DNA of 25,037 bases from Actinomycetota bacterium (GTDB lineage: Bacteria; Actinomycetota; Actinomycetes; S36-B12): the NCBI GenBank assembly GCA_009702725.1, contig WLHM01000001.1:1-25037 (forward strand), written 5' to 3'. This document shows positions 1 to 12,839 of the stretch, one piece after another. The stretch's first letter is position 1. Each line of letters begins with the position of its first letter. The notes under the pieces were generated by a model. It did not search any database and was not told the origin of the DNA. It saw nothing but the letters and a program-made list of their open reading frames with translations. The translations under genes and the position numbers were made by a program.

Positions 1-1018
1 ATACGACCGAGCCGCTTTGGCCAATAGTGGTGAATACAAAAATACCTAGTGCGATAAACCCGAAGTGAGACATTGAAGAGTAGGCGAACAATCGCTTCAT
101 GTCATTTTGATTTAGAGCCACATAGGCGCCGTAGAAAATGCCGACAAGTGCCATTCCGATGACAACGGGTGCATAGAACTCGCTCGCCGCCGGAAAGATC
201 GGCAGGCAATACCGGATCATGCCGAAGGTTCCGATTTTGTCGAGCACCCCGATAAGTAATACCGCGGTTCCGGGCTTTGAAGCACTCGCCGCATCGGGCA
301 ACCAGGTATGGAAAGGCCAGAGCGGGGCCTTTATCGCGAAAGCGAAGAAGAACCCGAGGAACAGTAATTTCTCGGCCGTCGGGTCCATTTCCAAGCCGAC
401 TAGCGAAAGGTAATCGAAAGTACCTTGACCGGTAACCTGGGCTGAAACCACATACAGCCCGATCATTGAGGTCAACATGAAAAGCCCACCGAGCAACCCG
501 TAAAGCAAGAACTTGACAGCTGCATAGGACCGCTGCGGACCGCCGTAACGGCCGATCATGAAGTAGACGGGGATCAGAATTACTTCGAATAAAACGAAGA
601 ACATGAAGACGTCGGTGGCGGCGAACACCCCGATCATCAAAGTTTCCATCGCCAAAATCAATGCGAAGTAGCCCTTAACCGAACCGCCGCTGGTGTCATC
701 AACATCCCGCCACCCGGCAATAACCACGATCGGCACCAAAGTCGCGGCTAGTGCGATCAGGACTAACCCGATGCCGTCAACACCAACCGAGTAGGAAATA
801 CCAAAGGCGGGTATCCATGGGTAGGACTCTACGAACTGAAATGGCTCGCTGGACGCACCATTGAACTGCAGCGCCATGACGACGGTCAATGCCAAGGTGA
901 CCAATGAAATTGCCAGTGCCAACTGCTTCGCAAGAGTCGGTCTTGACTTAGGAAGCAAAACGACGAGGACACTGCCGATCAGGGGTACGACCGCGAGGAT
1001 CGTCAACCAGGGGGTCAT
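1..1018 (-). CDS. nuoM: NADH-quinone oxidoreductase subunit M, 5' part; continues beyond the window start
   Basis: Not in the ORF track; translated by hand. ATG at 1018-1016 overlaps the nuoL stop (ATGA). Reads [23 protein letters not shown]..., then [45 protein letters not shown] and [17 protein letters not shown], which are antiporter-like NuoM motifs. Directly follows nuoL. Confidence 0.96.
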   Translation of the reverse strand, partial: MTPWLTILAVVPLIGSVLVVLLPKSRPTLAKQLALAISLVTLALTVVMALQFNGASSEPFQFVESYPWIPAFGISYSVGVDGIGLVLIALAATLVPIVVIAGWRDVDDTSGGSVKGYFALILAMETLMIGVFAATDVFMFFVLFEVILIPVYFMIGRYGGPQRSYAAVKFLLYGLLGGLFMLTSMIGLYVVSAQVTGQGTFDYLSLVGLEMDPTAEKLLFLGFFFAFAIKAPLWPFHTWLPDAASASKPGTAVLLIGVLDKIGTFGMIRYCLPIFPAASEFYAPVVIGMALVGIFYGAYVALNQNDMKRLFAYSSMSHFGFIALGIFVFTTIGQSGSVV

Positions 1019-2910
1019 GAAAGCCTCACCAAGACGAGAGCGGCGACAATTAAGACTGCGCCACCCAACATTGAAAGTGCATAGGAGCGAGCAAAACCTG
1101 ATTGGGTGCGACGCATTCGGCCCGAAGCACCACCAACGAAAGCGGCACTCCCGTTAACGAAACCGTCAATCCAGGACGAGTCGAACCACGTCAGCCAACG
1201 GGCAAGTGTGAAGGACGGGCGCACCACGACGACCTCGTTCACCAAATCACCATAGAGATCACGTCGGGCCGCGCGGGTTAACCAATTACCCGAAGGAGCA
1301 TCGACCGGCACCGGCTTAGCCCCGTACTGGCGCCAACCAATGAAAGCACCGATCAAGACCACCACCAAAGTGATAGCCATCAACGCAGTGGACGACAACT
1401 GGGTGGGATTACTTGCAAATCCAACAACTGGCTCCAGCCAGGTTTCGATATTGCCCCAGAACAGCAATGCCATTCCCAGGAAGGTGGAGCCGATCGCCAA
1501 GATGACAAGGGGGATGGTCATGACAGCGGGTGACTCATGGGGATGCACGCCCTCCTCCCACCGCGCCTTGCCGAAGAAAGTCATAGCGATCATGCGAGTC
1601 ATATAGAACCCAGTTATGCCGGCTCCCAAAATCGCTGCAGCGCCAATGACCCAACTGCGTTCGAAGGCAGCATGAATGATTTCGTCTTTAGACCAGAATC
1701 CAGAGAACGGCGGAATACCCATAATCGCTAGATATCCGGCCATGAATGTCACGAAGGTGATGATCATTAAACCGCGCAACGCCCCATAGCGGCGCATGTT
1801 CACGTTGTCTTTCATGCCATGCATAACCGAGCCGGCACCGAGGAATAAGCCGGCTTTGAAAACGCCGTGGGTCAATAGGTGGAAGATTGCGAAGACATAA
1901 CCGATTGGACCGAGCCCGGCCGCGAAGATCATGTAGCCAATTTGACTCATCGTCGACCCAGCAAGTGACTTCTTTATATCGTCCTTGGCCGAACCGATGA
2001 TGGCCCCCATGAAGATCGTGATCAGCCCGATGAGAACTACCGCGCCGGCGGCCCAGACTGCTCGATCGAATACCGCATTGCTCCGAACGATGAGATACAC
2101 CCCAGCCGTGACCATCGTCGCTGCGTGAATTAGCGCAGATACCGGTGTCGGGCCTTCCATCGCATCTAGGAGCCATGCTTGCAGCGGGAACTGCGCTGAT
2201 TTACCGCATGCCGCCAAGAGCAGGAGCAGGCCGATTGCCGTGAGGGTGCCTTCACTGGCTTCGGCGGCTTGGCCAAACACGTCACTAAAAGAAACCGAGC
2301 CAAAAGTCACGAACATCACCATGATCGCGAGGCTCAGACCTACGTCACCAACGCGGTTGATGATGAACGCTTTCTTCGCGGCAGCCGCAGCCGTGGGCTT
2401 GATCTGCCAGAACCCGATCAAAAGGTAGCTAGCCAATCCCACTCCCTCCCAGCCGACATAGAGCAGGAGGTAGTTGTTAGCCAGAACCAGCAACAGCATT
2501 GCCGCAACGAATAAGTTCAGGTAGCCGAAGAACTTCCGCTTATCGGCATCATGTGACATGTAGCCGATGGAATAGATATGAATCAGCGAACCCACGATGG
2601 TTATTAGTAGGACGAACACCATCGAAAGTTGGTCGAGTTGGAAGGCCATATCGGCTTGGAAACCACCGGCGAAAACCCAAGTGAATAAGGTCTGTCCGAC
2701 CGAGCGCTCCTCTGCTGAATGCCCCATCATGGCGACTAGCATCAAAACAGCGAGCACCGCTGATCCGACCACGGTTAGCACTCCGAGGTACGGGCCCCAC
2801 GAGTTGGTACGACGGCCTCCGAGCAGTAGCACGGCCGCCCCAAAAAGTGGCAAGGCAATAAGCAGCCAGATCAGGGAGAACACGCCCGCTGCGGGCATGA
2901 GCTCTATCAA
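1015..2910 (-). CDS. nuoL: NADH-quinone oxidoreductase subunit L (631 aa)
   Basis: Motifs [63 protein letters not shown] and [22 protein letters not shown] start preceded by an AAAGGA SD; an ATG at 2898 is an alternative start. Confidence 0.97.
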   Translation of the reverse strand: MIELMPAAGVFSLIWLLIALPLFGAAVLLLGGRRTNSWGPYLGVLTVVGSAVLAVLMLVAMMGHSAEERSVGQTLFTWVFAGGFQADMAFQLDQLSMVFVLLITIVGSLIHIYSIGYMSHDADKRKFFGYLNLFVAAMLLLVLANNYLLLYVGWEGVGLASYLLIGFWQIKPTAAAAAKKAFIINRVGDVGLSLAIMVMFVTFGSVSFSDVFGQAAEASEGTLTAIGLLLLLAACGKSAQFPLQAWLLDAMEGPTPVSALIHAATMVTAGVYLIVRSNAVFDRAVWAAGAVVLIGLITIFMGAIIGSAKDDIKKSLAGSTMSQIGYMIFAAGLGPIGYVFAIFHLLTHGVFKAGLFLGAGSVMHGMKDNVNMRRYGALRGLMIITFVTFMAGYLAIMGIPPFSGFWSKDEIIHAAFERSWVIGAAAILGAGITGFYMTRMIAMTFFGKARWEEGVHPHESPAVMTIPLVILAIGSTFLGMALLFWGNIETWLEPVVGFASNPTQLSSTALMAITLVVVLIGAFIGWRQYGAKPVPVDAPSGNWLTRAARRDLYGDLVNEVVVVRPSFTLARWLTWFDSSWIDGFVNGSAAFVGGASGRMRRTQSGFARSYALSMLGGAVLIVAALVLVRLS

Positions 2911-2946
2911 GGTCGGATCCTTTTCGTCGGTTGCTACTGGATACGG

Positions 2947-3246
2947 CTAGTACTTGAGCAAATTCGGTTCATCAATGGAGGCCGAGCGTCTACTTCTGAA
3001 AATCGTCACGATGATTGCTAGACCAACGACAACTTCAGCGGCTGCCACCACCATGACGAAGAAAGCGGCAACCTGCCCATCTAGATTGCCGTTCATGCGG
3101 GCAAATGCAACAAAAGCTAAGTTCGCGGCATTTAGCATCAGTTCAACACTCATGAAGACGATGATCGCGTTGCGGCGGACCAACACCCCGATCGCGCCGA
3201 GGCTAAAGAGGATCGCCGACAAGATTATGTAGTTGGCCGGATTCAT
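2947..3246 (-). CDS. nuoK: NADH-quinone oxidoreductase subunit K (99 aa)
   Basis: [20 protein letters not shown] and [13 protein letters not shown] carry both conserved glutamates. ATGA overlap with nuoJ. Confidence 0.97.
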   Translation of the reverse strand: MNPANYIILSAILFSLGAIGVLVRRNAIIVFMSVELMLNAANLAFVAFARMNGNLDGQVAAFFVMVVAAAEVVVGLAIIVTIFRSRRSASIDEPNLLKY

Positions 3247-4013
3247 TTCGACCCCCCGTCCAAGCTTTCGATCTGTTCGACATCGTGGTGGTCTACGGGT
3301 CGCACATCACCTCGGGCAACAAGTGGCCCAGGAATACTCTGCGCACTTGGTGAACCATCGGGTAGTAATGCCGGCGTATCTACCGCATTGTGGCGCGCAT
3401 ACGTGCCAGAACTTGGAAGGTTACCGGGGTGACCGGTGCCAGTGAATCGAGCCTTGGATAGTTCTTCTTGGCTGGCGCGCGGTAGCCACCGTTCACGATG
3501 GGCCAGCACCATCGCGCCTAGGGCAGCGGTAATAAGCAACGCTGAAGTAACTTCAAAAGCAACAAGATAGTCAGTGAAAAGTAGGCGTGCGATGCCTTGA
3601 ACATTGCCCCCATCAACACCATTTGCCTCATCTAGTCCCACCGGCACTACATCGGTCAAGCCTGCACCGATGCCGGCCACGAGCAGGATCGCCAGGCCCA
3701 CGGCCAGCACAATGGCAACCAAGCGCTGACCCTTTAGGGTTTCGATTAGCGAGTCGGACGAATCCACTCCCACCACCATTAAGACGAATAGGAAGAGCAT
3801 CATCACAGCACCGGTGTACACAACCACCTGGACCATGCCAAGGAACGGTGCCGAGTTCGCAACGTATAACACCGCGAGATTGATCATTGTCAGTGCCACC
3901 CAGAGTGCGCTGTGCACTGCTTTTCGCGAAAGGATCAACCCAAGCGCCCCAAGCACCGCTAACCCGCCGCTGAACCAAAAGACGATTTCTTCGCCCAGAT
4001 TGACTTCGGTCAT
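3243..4013 (-). CDS. nuoJ: NADH-quinone oxidoreductase subunit J (256 aa, with actinobacterial C-terminal tail)
   Basis: [25 protein letters not shown] and [22 protein letters not shown] motifs; position between nuoI and nuoK. Confidence 0.96.
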   Translation of the reverse strand: MTEVNLGEEIVFWFSGGLAVLGALGLILSRKAVHSALWVALTMINLAVLYVANSAPFLGMVQVVVYTGAVMMLFLFVLMVVGVDSSDSLIETLKGQRLVAIVLAVGLAILLVAGIGAGLTDVVPVGLDEANGVDGGNVQGIARLLFTDYLVAFEVTSALLITAALGAMVLAHRERWLPRASQEELSKARFTGTGHPGNLPSSGTYARHNAVDTPALLPDGSPSAQSIPGPLVARGDVRPVDHHDVEQIESLDGGSK

Positions 4014-4570
4014 GGCGCCACTGCCGCCGCGTCAGATCCGCTGGCCTGCTCGGGGACCGAACCGGTGATCTTGTTTGCGTAGTAGTCAGTGTCGGTGGTG
4101 CCAGGAACCATCGGATGCGGCGGTGCGAGCATCCCAGGTAGCAGCGGCGTCAGTAGATCCTGCTTCTCGTAAATCAGGTCAGCCCGATTGTTATCAGCCA
4201 ACTCAAACTCGTTTGTCATAGTAAGAGCACGTGTCGGGCAAGCTTCGATGCAAAGCCCACAAAAAATGCAGCGCAGGTAGTTGATTTGGTATACGCGACC
4301 GTAGCGCTCCCCCGGGGAGTGGCGGTCACCTTCTTGGTTATCTGCCCCTTGCACGAAAATTGCATCCGCTGGGCAGGCCCAAGCACATAGTTCGCAACCG
4401 ATGCACTTTTCTAAGCCATCAGCCCAGCGGTTCAGTTGATGCCTACCGTGGTAGCGCGGCTTCGGCGGGAACTTCGCGGCCTGCTCTGGATACTGCTCGG
4501 TTACTACCTTTTTAAACATAGTGGCAAACGTGACCCCAAAGCCACGTACCACCTGTGGAAGTTCAGCCAT
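4010..4570 (-). CDS. nuoI: NADH-quinone oxidoreductase subunit I, 2x[4Fe-4S] (186 aa)
   Basis: Two CxxCxxCxxxCP motifs ([24 protein letters not shown]); YHGRHQLNR. Confidence 0.98.
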   Translation of the reverse strand: MAELPQVVRGFGVTFATMFKKVVTEQYPEQAAKFPPKPRYHGRHQLNRWADGLEKCIGCELCAWACPADAIFVQGADNQEGDRHSPGERYGRVYQINYLRCIFCGLCIEACPTRALTMTNEFELADNNRADLIYEKQDLLTPLLPGMLAPPHPMVPGTTDTDYYANKITGSVPEQASGSDAAAVAP

Positions 4571-5864
4571 CGATGGCCTCCTGTTGAACTACTGGGATAG
4601 TCGATCGACGCGTCGTAAGAACGGCCTGCTGCCCGGGCATCGGCGGAACTGGGAAGCCACCAGCCATGGGCTCAAACGGCCGGCTCTCGATCTCATCGCG
4701 AATAAACTTGCGGGCCGCTTCGCGACGATCTAGTGCGCCTTGCGCAAACCATGACCCGACCAAGAGCACCGCGATCACGATTGCGCCGGCAATTAGTAGT
4801 TGGCGATTGCTTAACTCGATGTCATTGCGCAATACCCGGGCAGCAGCCACGATCATGATCCAGACGATGGAAGCTGGGATCAAAACTTTCCAGCCGAATT
4901 TCATGAATTGGTCGTAGCGAAGGCGCGGGAGAGTAGCGCGAAGCCAGATGAACACGAAAATGAATATCTGCACCTTGATCAACCACCAAAGCAGCGGCCA
5001 CCAACCGGTGTTGGCCGACTCCCAAAGCGAAATCGGCCACGGAGCCAACCAACCACCGAGGAACAAAGTTGTTGCGAGTGCGGAAACCGTGACCATGTTG
5101 ATGTACTCGGCCAGGAAAAACATCGCAAACTTCAGTGACGAATACTCGGTGTGGAAGCCACCTACCAACTCACCTTCGGCCTCTGGGAGGTCAAACGGCG
5201 CCCGGTTGGTCTCACCAACCATCGATGTTACGTAAATCAAGAAAGATGGCAGCAAAATCACCGCAAACCAAATCGGCTCTTGGGCGGTGATGATTTCAGA
5301 TGTTGACATTGACCCCGCGTACAAGAAAACAGCCACGAATGACATTCCCATGGCAATTTCATAGGAAATCATCTGGGCACTTGAGCGCAATCCACCAAGG
5401 AGGGGATAAGTGGAGCCAGAAGACCAACCGGCCAGCACAATCCCGTAGATGCCGATGGAAGCAATAGCAAGTACATAAAGTACTGAAACCGGGAAATCCG
5501 TTAGTTGAAGTGGTGTCTCGACCCCGAAAATTGACACCGTTGGGCCAAATGGGATTACCGCGAATGCCAAGAATGCAGCCGTCGCCGAAATCACTGGGGC
5601 AATCCAATAGACACCCACATGGGCCGCCTTTGGAATGATTTCTTCTTTCAACGCAAGTTTGAAACCATCCATCAAAGACTGCAGCAGGCCAAATGGGCCA
5701 ACGCGGTTTGGCCCGATGCGGTTCTGCATGCGCGATACCACTCGCCGCTCCCACCAAATGGTGAACAGAGTAAGTAATACGAGCATGACGAAGATTGCGA
5801 GCGCCTTTAGCAGAACCAACCACCAAGGATCAATACCAAAGACCCCGAATTGTGATCCGGTCAT
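4563..5864 (-). CDS. nuoH: NADH-quinone oxidoreductase subunit H (433 aa)
   Basis: [60 protein letters not shown] and [11 protein letters not shown] motifs. Confidence 0.98.
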   Translation of the reverse strand: MTGSQFGVFGIDPWWLVLLKALAIFVMLVLLTLFTIWWERRVVSRMQNRIGPNRVGPFGLLQSLMDGFKLALKEEIIPKAAHVGVYWIAPVISATAAFLAFAVIPFGPTVSIFGVETPLQLTDFPVSVLYVLAIASIGIYGIVLAGWSSGSTYPLLGGLRSSAQMISYEIAMGMSFVAVFLYAGSMSTSEIITAQEPIWFAVILLPSFLIYVTSMVGETNRAPFDLPEAEGELVGGFHTEYSSLKFAMFFLAEYINMVTVSALATTLFLGGWLAPWPISLWESANTGWWPLLWWLIKVQIFIFVFIWLRATLPRLRYDQFMKFGWKVLIPASIVWIMIVAAARVLRNDIELSNRQLLIAGAIVIAVLLVGSWFAQGALDRREAARKFIRDEIESRPFEPMAGGFPVPPMPGQQAVLTTRRSTIPVVQQEAIDG

Positions 5865-8239
5865 ACCGCACCTCCGAGGGTCACGGACTGGCCAGCTCTT
5901 ACACCGAGGTCACGATAGAGAGCACAGCCTGGGGAATTCAGGGGCAAACACACAACACCCTCGAGAACGTCACCGATCAGCAACGGCAAAGTGACAGAGC
6001 CGAGCGGACCGGTGACCGTGACATTTGCAGGTGCACCTAGAGCAGCGACGGTCACCGCCGAGCAGGTAGCGGCAACCACATGCGCAGTAGCGGCAAGGTA
6101 GGGCTCCCCCTCCTGCATAACTCCGTTATCAATAAGTGCTCGCCAGGTGCTCACCACGTAAGCAGCGTCAACAACTTGGCCGGCCGTGGTGTTCGGCGCG
6201 TCAGCGCGCGCACCTGTCCAGGCACCAAGGGAACCTAACTCCTGTCGGATGCCGGCAACGTCGCTGGCGCCAATTGGCGCATTCATGGCACGTGCCAACA
6301 TCCCCAGAACGATCGCATCAGACATCACCAAAGCATCTTTGAAAGTTTGAGCGAAGGGACGAGGGCGGCCTTCCCAGTTCATGAAAGTTCCGGATTTTTC
6401 AGTTACTACCGCAACCGGGAATACCACGTCGGCAAGTTCGGTAATGGCAGAGTGGTGGTTCTCGAGAGCTACCACGAAAGCGGCGGCTTCGATGGCAGCC
6501 CGGCCAAGTGCTTGGTCCGGCAGGTCAGCAAGTTCAACTCCGCCAGTGATTAGCGCTTCGATGTCACCACCGGTAACCGCACGTAACAAGGACTCACCGG
6601 CTAACCCGGTAGCTACCGGGAGTGACTCCACGCCCCAGCACCCAGCAACTGCATCACGTGCCTGCTCATCTGACAGTGGCCGCCCACCCGGCAGTAGTCC
6701 TGCGAGAGCGCCAGCGTCCAGTGCTCCACGCTCCCCGGCCCTACGAGGCACCCAAGCGATGGCAGCGCCGGTGGATCGGGCAAGTTCAAGTACCGCGGTT
6801 GCGCCGCCTTCAATGCCCGCGATGCGCTCGCCAACCATGATGACCGCTCCGGGCGCGCTCAGTTCAGCGCGAACATTGGCAGGCAGGTCGGTTAGCGCCG
6901 AAGCTTCAGCGCCGGGCTTGGCCGGAATCAAAGTTCCGGCCAATTTACTTAGTCCCCGGGTAACAGCTGCACCGACCGAGTAGACGCGAGTGCCACCACC
7001 GCGTGCAGCTTTACGCAACCGCAAGAACACAATCGGCGACTCGTCTTCTGGCTCAAAAGCTATGAGAAGAACCGCTGGGGCGTTTTCGAGTGATTCGTAG
7101 GTTGTGCGCACCGCGGTACCGGCTACCGAGGAGCGTAAGAACTGTGCTTCTTCATCCGAAGAATCGCGGACACGGAAATCAATATTGTCCGACTGCAGAA
7201 CTGCGCGGGCGAACCGCGCGTACGCGTAGGCATCTTCAATTGTCGAACGCCCGCCGACGAGTACCCCATGGCTTGTTGCTGCCGCTAAGCCACGTGCGGC
7301 GGCATCCATGGCCTCCGGCCAAGAAGCTGGACGCAACTGACCGTTTTCGCGGACGAGTGGAGTGGTGACCCGACCCTGCTCTTGATAAGTGAAAGCGAAT
7401 CGACCTTTGTCGCAGTTCCACTCTTCATTAACTGCTGGTTCATCCCAAGCCAACCGGCGGGTGACCGTGCCGCGGCGATGGTCGGTGCGCAGCGAACATC
7501 CGGATGCGCAGTGTTCACACGTTGTCGGGACGGAGACCAGATCAAATGGTCGCGACCGGAATCGGTAGGCCGCGCTGGTCAAAGCACCGACCGGGCAAAT
7601 CTGAACGGTGTTACCCGAGAAGTAGGAGTCAAATGGCTGATCCGCGGCGGTGCCGACTTGCTGATTAGCTCCACGTTCGAGCAGCTCAAGCATAGGATCA
7701 CCAGCGATTTGTTCCGCGAACCTGGTACACCGGGCGCACGAAACACAACGCTCCCGATCAAGCAGGATCTGTGCGCTGACATTTATGGGCTTGGGGAAAG
7801 TGCGCTTCTCTTCTTCAAACCGAGAATCCGGGCGACCGGCGCTCATCGCTTGGTTCTGTAGTGGGCACTCGCCACCTTTATCGCAAACCGGGCAATCGAG
7901 GGGGTGATTCAATAGCAGAAACTCCATCACGCCTTCTTGCGCATCTCGCGCAATCGGTGAGGTTAGTTGCGTTCGCACTTGCATCCCATCAGAAACAACT
8001 TGCGCGCACGCTGGCTGCGGTTTCGGAACGCCCTCGATGTCAACCAAACACATCCGGCATGCCGCTACCGGCTCAAGCAGCGGGTGATCACAAAAACGTG
8101 GAATCTCAATGCCAAGCAACTCAGCGGCGCGGATGACGAGGGTACCTTTAGGGATTTCAATGGCGACACCATCAACGACAACGGTCACCAACTCCACCTG
8201 CGGGGTGAGATCTGATCCGGCATTGCTAGTTATGGTCAT
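5861..8239 (-). CDS. nuoG: NADH-quinone oxidoreductase subunit G (792 aa)
   Basis: Ligand sets for N1b (FCDHP...ACRMC...AC), N5 ([14 protein letters not shown]), N4 (CVSCARC...ICPVGAL) and N7 (CEHCASGC...CDKGRF) are all visible. Confidence 0.98.
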   Translation of the reverse strand: MTITSNAGSDLTPQVELVTVVVDGVAIEIPKGTLVIRAAELLGIEIPRFCDHPLLEPVAACRMCLVDIEGVPKPQPACAQVVSDGMQVRTQLTSPIARDAQEGVMEFLLLNHPLDCPVCDKGGECPLQNQAMSAGRPDSRFEEEKRTFPKPINVSAQILLDRERCVSCARCTRFAEQIAGDPMLELLERGANQQVGTAADQPFDSYFSGNTVQICPVGALTSAAYRFRSRPFDLVSVPTTCEHCASGCSLRTDHRRGTVTRRLAWDEPAVNEEWNCDKGRFAFTYQEQGRVTTPLVRENGQLRPASWPEAMDAAARGLAAATSHGVLVGGRSTIEDAYAYARFARAVLQSDNIDFRVRDSSDEEAQFLRSSVAGTAVRTTYESLENAPAVLLIAFEPEDESPIVFLRLRKAARGGGTRVYSVGAAVTRGLSKLAGTLIPAKPGAEASALTDLPANVRAELSAPGAVIMVGERIAGIEGGATAVLELARSTGAAIAWVPRRAGERGALDAGALAGLLPGGRPLSDEQARDAVAGCWGVESLPVATGLAGESLLRAVTGGDIEALITGGVELADLPDQALGRAAIEAAAFVVALENHHSAITELADVVFPVAVVTEKSGTFMNWEGRPRPFAQTFKDALVMSDAIVLGMLARAMNAPIGASDVAGIRQELGSLGAWTGARADAPNTTAGQVVDAAYVVSTWRALIDNGVMQEGEPYLAATAHVVAATCSAVTVAALGAPANVTVTGPLGSVTLPLLIGDVLEGVVCLPLNSPGCALYRDLGVRAGQSVTLGGAV

Positions 8240-9549
8240 CTGGTTGCCGTTTCCGCAAAGACGTAGGACGCTACTGGATTAAATTGTTCATCAGCAGAGG
8301 TCGTGGTGGCTGCCTCAAACTCGGATCGGAAGAACTTAAGAGCTGCCGGGTATGGGGTGGCCGCTGCATCACCCAGTGCGCAGAAGGACCGACCGGCAAT
8401 CTGCGAACAAAGGTTCACCAAGGTGTCGACTTCAGCGGGTGAGCCATGGCCGTGCTCGAACTTCTCGAGCACCCCGGTAATCCAGTACGTACCTTCACGG
8501 CACGGAGTGCATTTACCGCAGGACTCATGCTTATAAAACTCAAGCCACCTAGTTACTGCCTTTACGACACTGACCGTATTGTCGAAAAGCATCGGCGTAC
8601 CGGTGCCAAGCATGGTGCCAGCCGCAGCCATATCTTCATACGTCAGAGGAAGGTCAAGGTGCTCAGCAGTCAACATTGGTACCGAAGAGCCCCCGGGGAG
8701 CCAGAACTTAACTTCTCCTCCGCCTCTGATGCCACCGGCGTAGTCCAGAAGTTCGCGCATCGTGATACCGAGTGGAGCCTCGTAAATACCGGGGCGCACT
8801 ACGTGGCCTGAAACCGCGAATACTTTGAAGCCAGGGGATTTCTCAGTTCCGAATTGCCGGAACCACGCCACGCCTCTATCGACGATATATGGGATGTTTG
8901 CGATGGTTTCGACGTTGTTGATGACCGTGGGTGAGGCATAAAGACCCGCGACAGCAGGGAACGGCGGCTTGAGGCGGGGTTGCCCGCGGTAACCCTCAAG
9001 GGAATCAAGGAGTGCGGTTTCTTCGCCGCAGATGTATGCGCCGGCGCCCGAGTGAACGACGATATCAAGGGAAAATCCACTGCCCATAATGTTTTCGCCG
9101 ATAAGCCCGGCCGCGCGCGCCTGCTCCACCGCGTAAGCAACCTTGCGAATAGCGTGCGGCACCTCACCGCGAATGTAGATGAATGCGTGGCTAGCCCGAA
9201 TGGCATATGAAGCAATGATTACGCCCTCAACGAGCGCATGTGGGTTCGCCAACATGATCGGTATGTCTTTGCAGGCACCCGGCTCAGATTCATCTGCATT
9301 AACTACGAGGTAGTGCGGCTTGCCATCATTTTGCGGAACAAACCCCCACTTCATGCCGGTGGGGAACCCGGCTCCACCACGGCCGCGCAGCCCCGAATCC
9401 TTTATTTGTCCGATGATCGCGTCTGGATCCATTTTTAGGGCTGCCGCGAGCGCCTGATATCCACCAACCCGGCGATAGCCTTCGAGCGTGTAAAGATCTG
9501 GCTTATCCCAGTGTTCGGTGATGATTGGCGTTAGCCCAGAAGTAATCAT
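8236..9549 (-). CDS. nuoF: NADH-quinone oxidoreductase subunit F, FMN/NADH-binding (437 aa)
   Basis: SGLRGRGGAGFPTGMKW, NADESEPG, GAGAYICGEETALLDSLEG and ESCGKCTPCREG...SFCALG motifs. Confidence 0.98.
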   Translation of the reverse strand: MITSGLTPIITEHWDKPDLYTLEGYRRVGGYQALAAALKMDPDAIIGQIKDSGLRGRGGAGFPTGMKWGFVPQNDGKPHYLVVNADESEPGACKDIPIMLANPHALVEGVIIASYAIRASHAFIYIRGEVPHAIRKVAYAVEQARAAGLIGENIMGSGFSLDIVVHSGAGAYICGEETALLDSLEGYRGQPRLKPPFPAVAGLYASPTVINNVETIANIPYIVDRGVAWFRQFGTEKSPGFKVFAVSGHVVRPGIYEAPLGITMRELLDYAGGIRGGGEVKFWLPGGSSVPMLTAEHLDLPLTYEDMAAAGTMLGTGTPMLFDNTVSVVKAVTRWLEFYKHESCGKCTPCREGTYWITGVLEKFEHGHGSPAEVDTLVNLCSQIAGRSFCALGDAAATPYPAALKFFRSEFEAATTTSADEQFNPVASYVFAETATR

Positions 9550-10205
9550 GAGGCACCCCCGGCCGGTACCGAGGCCGCGCTCATTCCGCGCTCCTGCGCA
9601 ACGCGAAGGCCCGCCAACATTTTCGCATCGACTGCCTCGCCTTCGTTGACCAAACCGTCGAGTGGGTACGCAAGGGTGTGTTCGGTCGCTTCGAAATCTC
9701 TAATGACCGGGCCACGAGTCGATTGGACCTGCTCACCGCGCGCAAGTCGATCGACTACATCTACGGCGCTGGCCGGAGTTACATCGTCCATGAACTCCCA
9801 ATCGACGGTCATCACGGGTGCATGTGTGCAGGCGGCTTGACATTCAATACGTTCAAGCCAAAATTCACCATCGGCACTTCGCTCGTTATTTCCGATGCCC
9901 AGTCTTTTACTTAGCGCTGCATACACAGCATCGCCTCCGAGTAGCCCACACAGGGTGTTCGTGCAGACGCCGACGTGATGCTTGCCAACCGGTTTACGCT
10001 TGTACATCGTGTAAAAAGACGCTACCGCGGTGACTTCAGCAGAGGTAATACCCAGGACTTCGGCACACGCATTTATACCGTCTGCAGTGACTTCGTTATC
10101 AACACTTTGCACTAGATGAAGCATGGGAAGTAGTGCAGAACGAGATTTCGGGTAGCGCGCAGCTAGGTCACGCATCTGGTCGCGAGTTGCCTCACTGATA
10201 GTCAT
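9546..10205 (-). CDS. nuoE: NADH-quinone oxidoreductase subunit E, [2Fe-2S] (219 aa; start corrected from 10286)
   Basis: YPKSRSALLPMLHLVQ, VASFYTMY, CTNTLC...ECQAAC. The track start overlaps nuoD and adds a non-homologous basic leader, so ATG 10205 (MTISEATR) is preferred. Confidence 0.95.
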   Translation of the reverse strand: MTISEATRDQMRDLAARYPKSRSALLPMLHLVQSVDNEVTADGINACAEVLGITSAEVTAVASFYTMYKRKPVGKHHVGVCTNTLCGLLGGDAVYAALSKRLGIGNNERSADGEFWLERIECQAACTHAPVMTVDWEFMDDVTPASAVDVVDRLARGEQVQSTRGPVIRDFEATEHTLAYPLDGLVNEGEAVDAKMLAGLRVAQERGMSAASVPAGGAS

Positions 10206-10236
10206 AAGTCTGCGTCGCTCTCGTTTTCGTTGGCTG

Positions 10237-11574
10237 TTACCGGTCGACCCCGCCCATGACAGGATCGATGCTGGCGACCGCGGCAATTAAATCTGCCACC
10301 TGACCGCCTTCGCTCATCGCTGCCACAGACTGCAGGTTCGTAAATGAAGGATCACGGAAGTGCGCGCGATAAGGCCGGGTACCACCAGCGCTAACCAAGT
10401 GGCAACCGAGCTCACCTCGAGGTGACTCAATTGCGGTGTAGACCTGACCTACCGGAACTTTGAAACCCTCGGTAACTAACTTGAAATGGTGAATAAGGGC
10501 TTCCATGGACTCTGCCATGATCTCGCGGATGTGGTCGGTCGAATTGCCTTGACCGTCGGCACCGATTGCCAATTGCGCCGGCCAAGCGATTCTCTTGTCA
10601 GCGATCATTACCGGGCCCGGCTGCCCGAGCCGATCAAGGGCTTGTTCAATAATTCTGATGGACTGCTGCATCTCGCCCACGCGGATAAGGAAGCGCCCGT
10701 AGGCATCACATGTAGTTTCAGTGACAACATCGAATTCGAAGGTTTCGTACCCGCAGTACGGCTGCGTTTTGCGCAGGTCATGTGGCAGCCCCGTAGCGCG
10801 CAAGATTGGCCCAGAAACACCAAGTGCCATGCACCCTGTTAGGTCGAGGTACCCAATACCCGAGGTGCGGCCCATCCAGATCGAATTGTCAATGAGTAGA
10901 TCGGTGGTGTCTTTCAACCGTTTACGCAATAACGGGAGCATCTCACGGATTTTCTCGACACCATCCGCCGGTAAATCTTGCGCTACCCCGCCGGGGCGAA
11001 TGTAGGCACTGTTCATGCGTAAGCCGGTGACCATTTCAAAGACATCGAGGATCAACTCACGCTCACGGAAGCCAAAGATCATCGCGGTTAGTGCACCCAG
11101 CTCCATGCCGCCGGTTGCCAATGCAACTAGGTGCGAGGAAATGCGGTTCAACTCCATCATCATTACTCGAATGACGCTGGCTCGCTCCGGAATTTGATCG
11201 GTGACACCAAGCAGTTTCTCGACCGCAAGGCAATAAACCGTCTCATTGAAGAAAGGGGCTAAATAATCCATCCGCGTGACGAAAGTGACGCCCTGAACCC
11301 AAGATCGGTATTCCATATTTTTCTCAATACCCGTATGCAAGTAGCCGATCCCGCATCTGGCTTGGGTTACCGTCTCTCCGTCTAGCTCAACGATGAGACG
11401 AAGCACCCCGTGGGTTGATGGGTGCTGTGGGCCCATGTTGACGACGATGCGCTCCTTTTCGCCATCTGGTGCCGCAGTGATTGTGTCCCAATCGCCGCCG
11501 GAAACGTTGTAAATAGTTTCATCGCCGGATTCATATGAACTGGCATATGGATCGCTCAGGTGATCGGTAGACAT
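10237..11574 (-). CDS. nuoD: NADH-quinone oxidoreductase subunit D (445 aa)
   Basis: [39 protein letters not shown] and DPVMGGVDR motifs. Confidence 0.98.
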   Translation of the reverse strand: MSTDHLSDPYASSYESGDETIYNVSGGDWDTITAAPDGEKERIVVNMGPQHPSTHGVLRLIVELDGETVTQARCGIGYLHTGIEKNMEYRSWVQGVTFVTRMDYLAPFFNETVYCLAVEKLLGVTDQIPERASVIRVMMMELNRISSHLVALATGGMELGALTAMIFGFRERELILDVFEMVTGLRMNSAYIRPGGVAQDLPADGVEKIREMLPLLRKRLKDTTDLLIDNSIWMGRTSGIGYLDLTGCMALGVSGPILRATGLPHDLRKTQPYCGYETFEFDVVTETTCDAYGRFLIRVGEMQQSIRIIEQALDRLGQPGPVMIADKRIAWPAQLAIGADGQGNSTDHIREIMAESMEALIHHFKLVTEGFKVPVGQVYTAIESPRGELGCHLVSAGGTRPYRAHFRDPSFTNLQSVAAMSEGGQVADLIAAVASIDPVMGGVDR

Positions 11575-12278
11575 CAGTTGTAGGCCCTCCGCTGATCGGG
11601 TGGCGGGATTGTCGCGCCCTTGTATTCGACTGGGATGCCGCCGAGTGGGTAGTCCTTGCGCTGCGGATGCCCCGGCCAGTCATCGGGCATTTCGATGCGA
11701 GTCAAGTGCGGATGGCCATCAAAAATGATCCCGAAGAAATCCCAGGTCTCACGTTCGTGCCAATCATTTGTCGGGTAGAGCGCAACAAGTGATGGGATAT
11801 GAGGATCAGCATCCGGTGCCGCAACCTCAATCCGAATTCGGCGGTTATGGGTTATCGAAAGGAGGTGATAAACGGCGTGGAGTTCACGACCGATGTCATT
11901 CGGATAGTGCACCCCGTTGACGCCACTGCAGAACTCAAAGCGCAGTCCGGGTTCATCACGCAGCGTCGATGCAAAAGCGAATAGCTGATCACGTCGGACG
12001 AAAAAAGTGATTTCACCTCGATCAACAACCACTTTTTCGACCGCGCTCGACATCGGGATACCTCGGGCGGTCAACGAAAGTTCAAGCTCTTCGGATATTT
12101 CATCAAACCAACCGCCATAGGGAGGCAAACTGGCCGCCGGCAGCACCCGTGGGTCAATTAAGCCACCGAAACCACTGGTGTCGCCCGACCCGTTAATACC
12201 GAAAGCGCCATGCTGAACGTCAATGATGTCAATACTCGAGACGCCTTCGGGTACCACCGGTAGTTGGTCGCTGGTCAT
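11574..12278 (-). CDS. nuoC: NADH-quinone oxidoreductase subunit C (234 aa)
   Basis: [40 protein letters not shown] signature; TGATG overlap with nuoD. Confidence 0.97.
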   Translation of the reverse strand: MTSDQLPVVPEGVSSIDIIDVQHGAFGINGSGDTSGFGGLIDPRVLPAASLPPYGGWFDEISEELELSLTARGIPMSSAVEKVVVDRGEITFFVRRDQLFAFASTLRDEPGLRFEFCSGVNGVHYPNDIGRELHAVYHLLSITHNRRIRIEVAAPDADPHIPSLVALYPTNDWHERETWDFFGIIFDGHPHLTRIEMPDDWPGHPQRKDYPLGGIPVEYKGATIPPPDQRRAYN

Positions 12279-12829
12279 CTCAGCAGCCCTTTCATCTCCA
12301 ATGTCGAAGGTGCCGCAAGCGCTGCTGATTCCAGGGCCATAATTTCGGCCTTGCGATTCGCTCCCATTTTGGTGTCCTGAATTTGATCATGTAATTTCAA
12401 GATCGCGTCGATGAGCATCTCGGGGCGCGGAGGGCAACCGGGCAGGTAAATATCAACCGGCACCACGTGATCAACACCTTGAACTATTGCGTAGTTGTTA
12501 AACATTCCTCCGCTTGATGCGCAAACACCCATTGCGAGAACCCATTTCGGGCCTGGCATTTGGTCATAAACCTGACGGAGTACCGGGGCCATCTTCTGAC
12601 TCACCCGCCCAGCGACGATCATCAGGTCAGCTTGACGCGGTGATGCTCGAAAAACTTCCATGCCAAACCGCGCTAAGTCATAGCGCGCACCCCCGACAGC
12701 CATCATCTCAATGGCACAGCAGGCCAAGCCGAAAGTCGCTGGCCACAGTGAGCCTTTGCGGGCGTAGCCGGCCACTTTCTCAACCGTGGTAAGCAATACT
12801 CCCGATGGCAGTGCCTCTTCAAGTCCCAT
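12275..12829 (-). CDS. nuoB: NADH-quinone oxidoreductase subunit B (184 aa; start corrected from 12874)
   Basis: [23 protein letters not shown] and [13 protein letters not shown] motifs. ATG 12829 (MGLEE) has an AGGA SD and lies 10 nt after the nuoA stop. Confidence 0.97.
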   Translation of the reverse strand: MGLEEALPSGVLLTTVEKVAGYARKGSLWPATFGLACCAIEMMAVGGARYDLARFGMEVFRASPRQADLMIVAGRVSQKMAPVLRQVYDQMPGPKWVLAMGVCASSGGMFNNYAIVQGVDHVVPVDIYLPGCPPRPEMLIDAILKLHDQIQDTKMGANRKAEIMALESAALAAPSTLEMKGLLR

Positions 12830-12839
12830 TGGATTCCTG

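Noticed and set aside
1-1018. Apparent absence of nuoM from the ORF track and of nuoN from the operon
   Set aside because: Window-edge effect: nuoM is intact as far as visible, and nuoN would lie beyond position 1.
6381-6983. 200-aa plus-strand ORF inside nuoG
   Set aside because: Antisense shadow with low-complexity Ser/Ala/Pro composition.
10206-10286. Basic N-terminal extension of NuoE (SQRKRERRRL) suggesting a signal or RNA-binding peptide
   Set aside because: It comes from an upstream start inside nuoD; the homologous sequence begins at ATG 10205.
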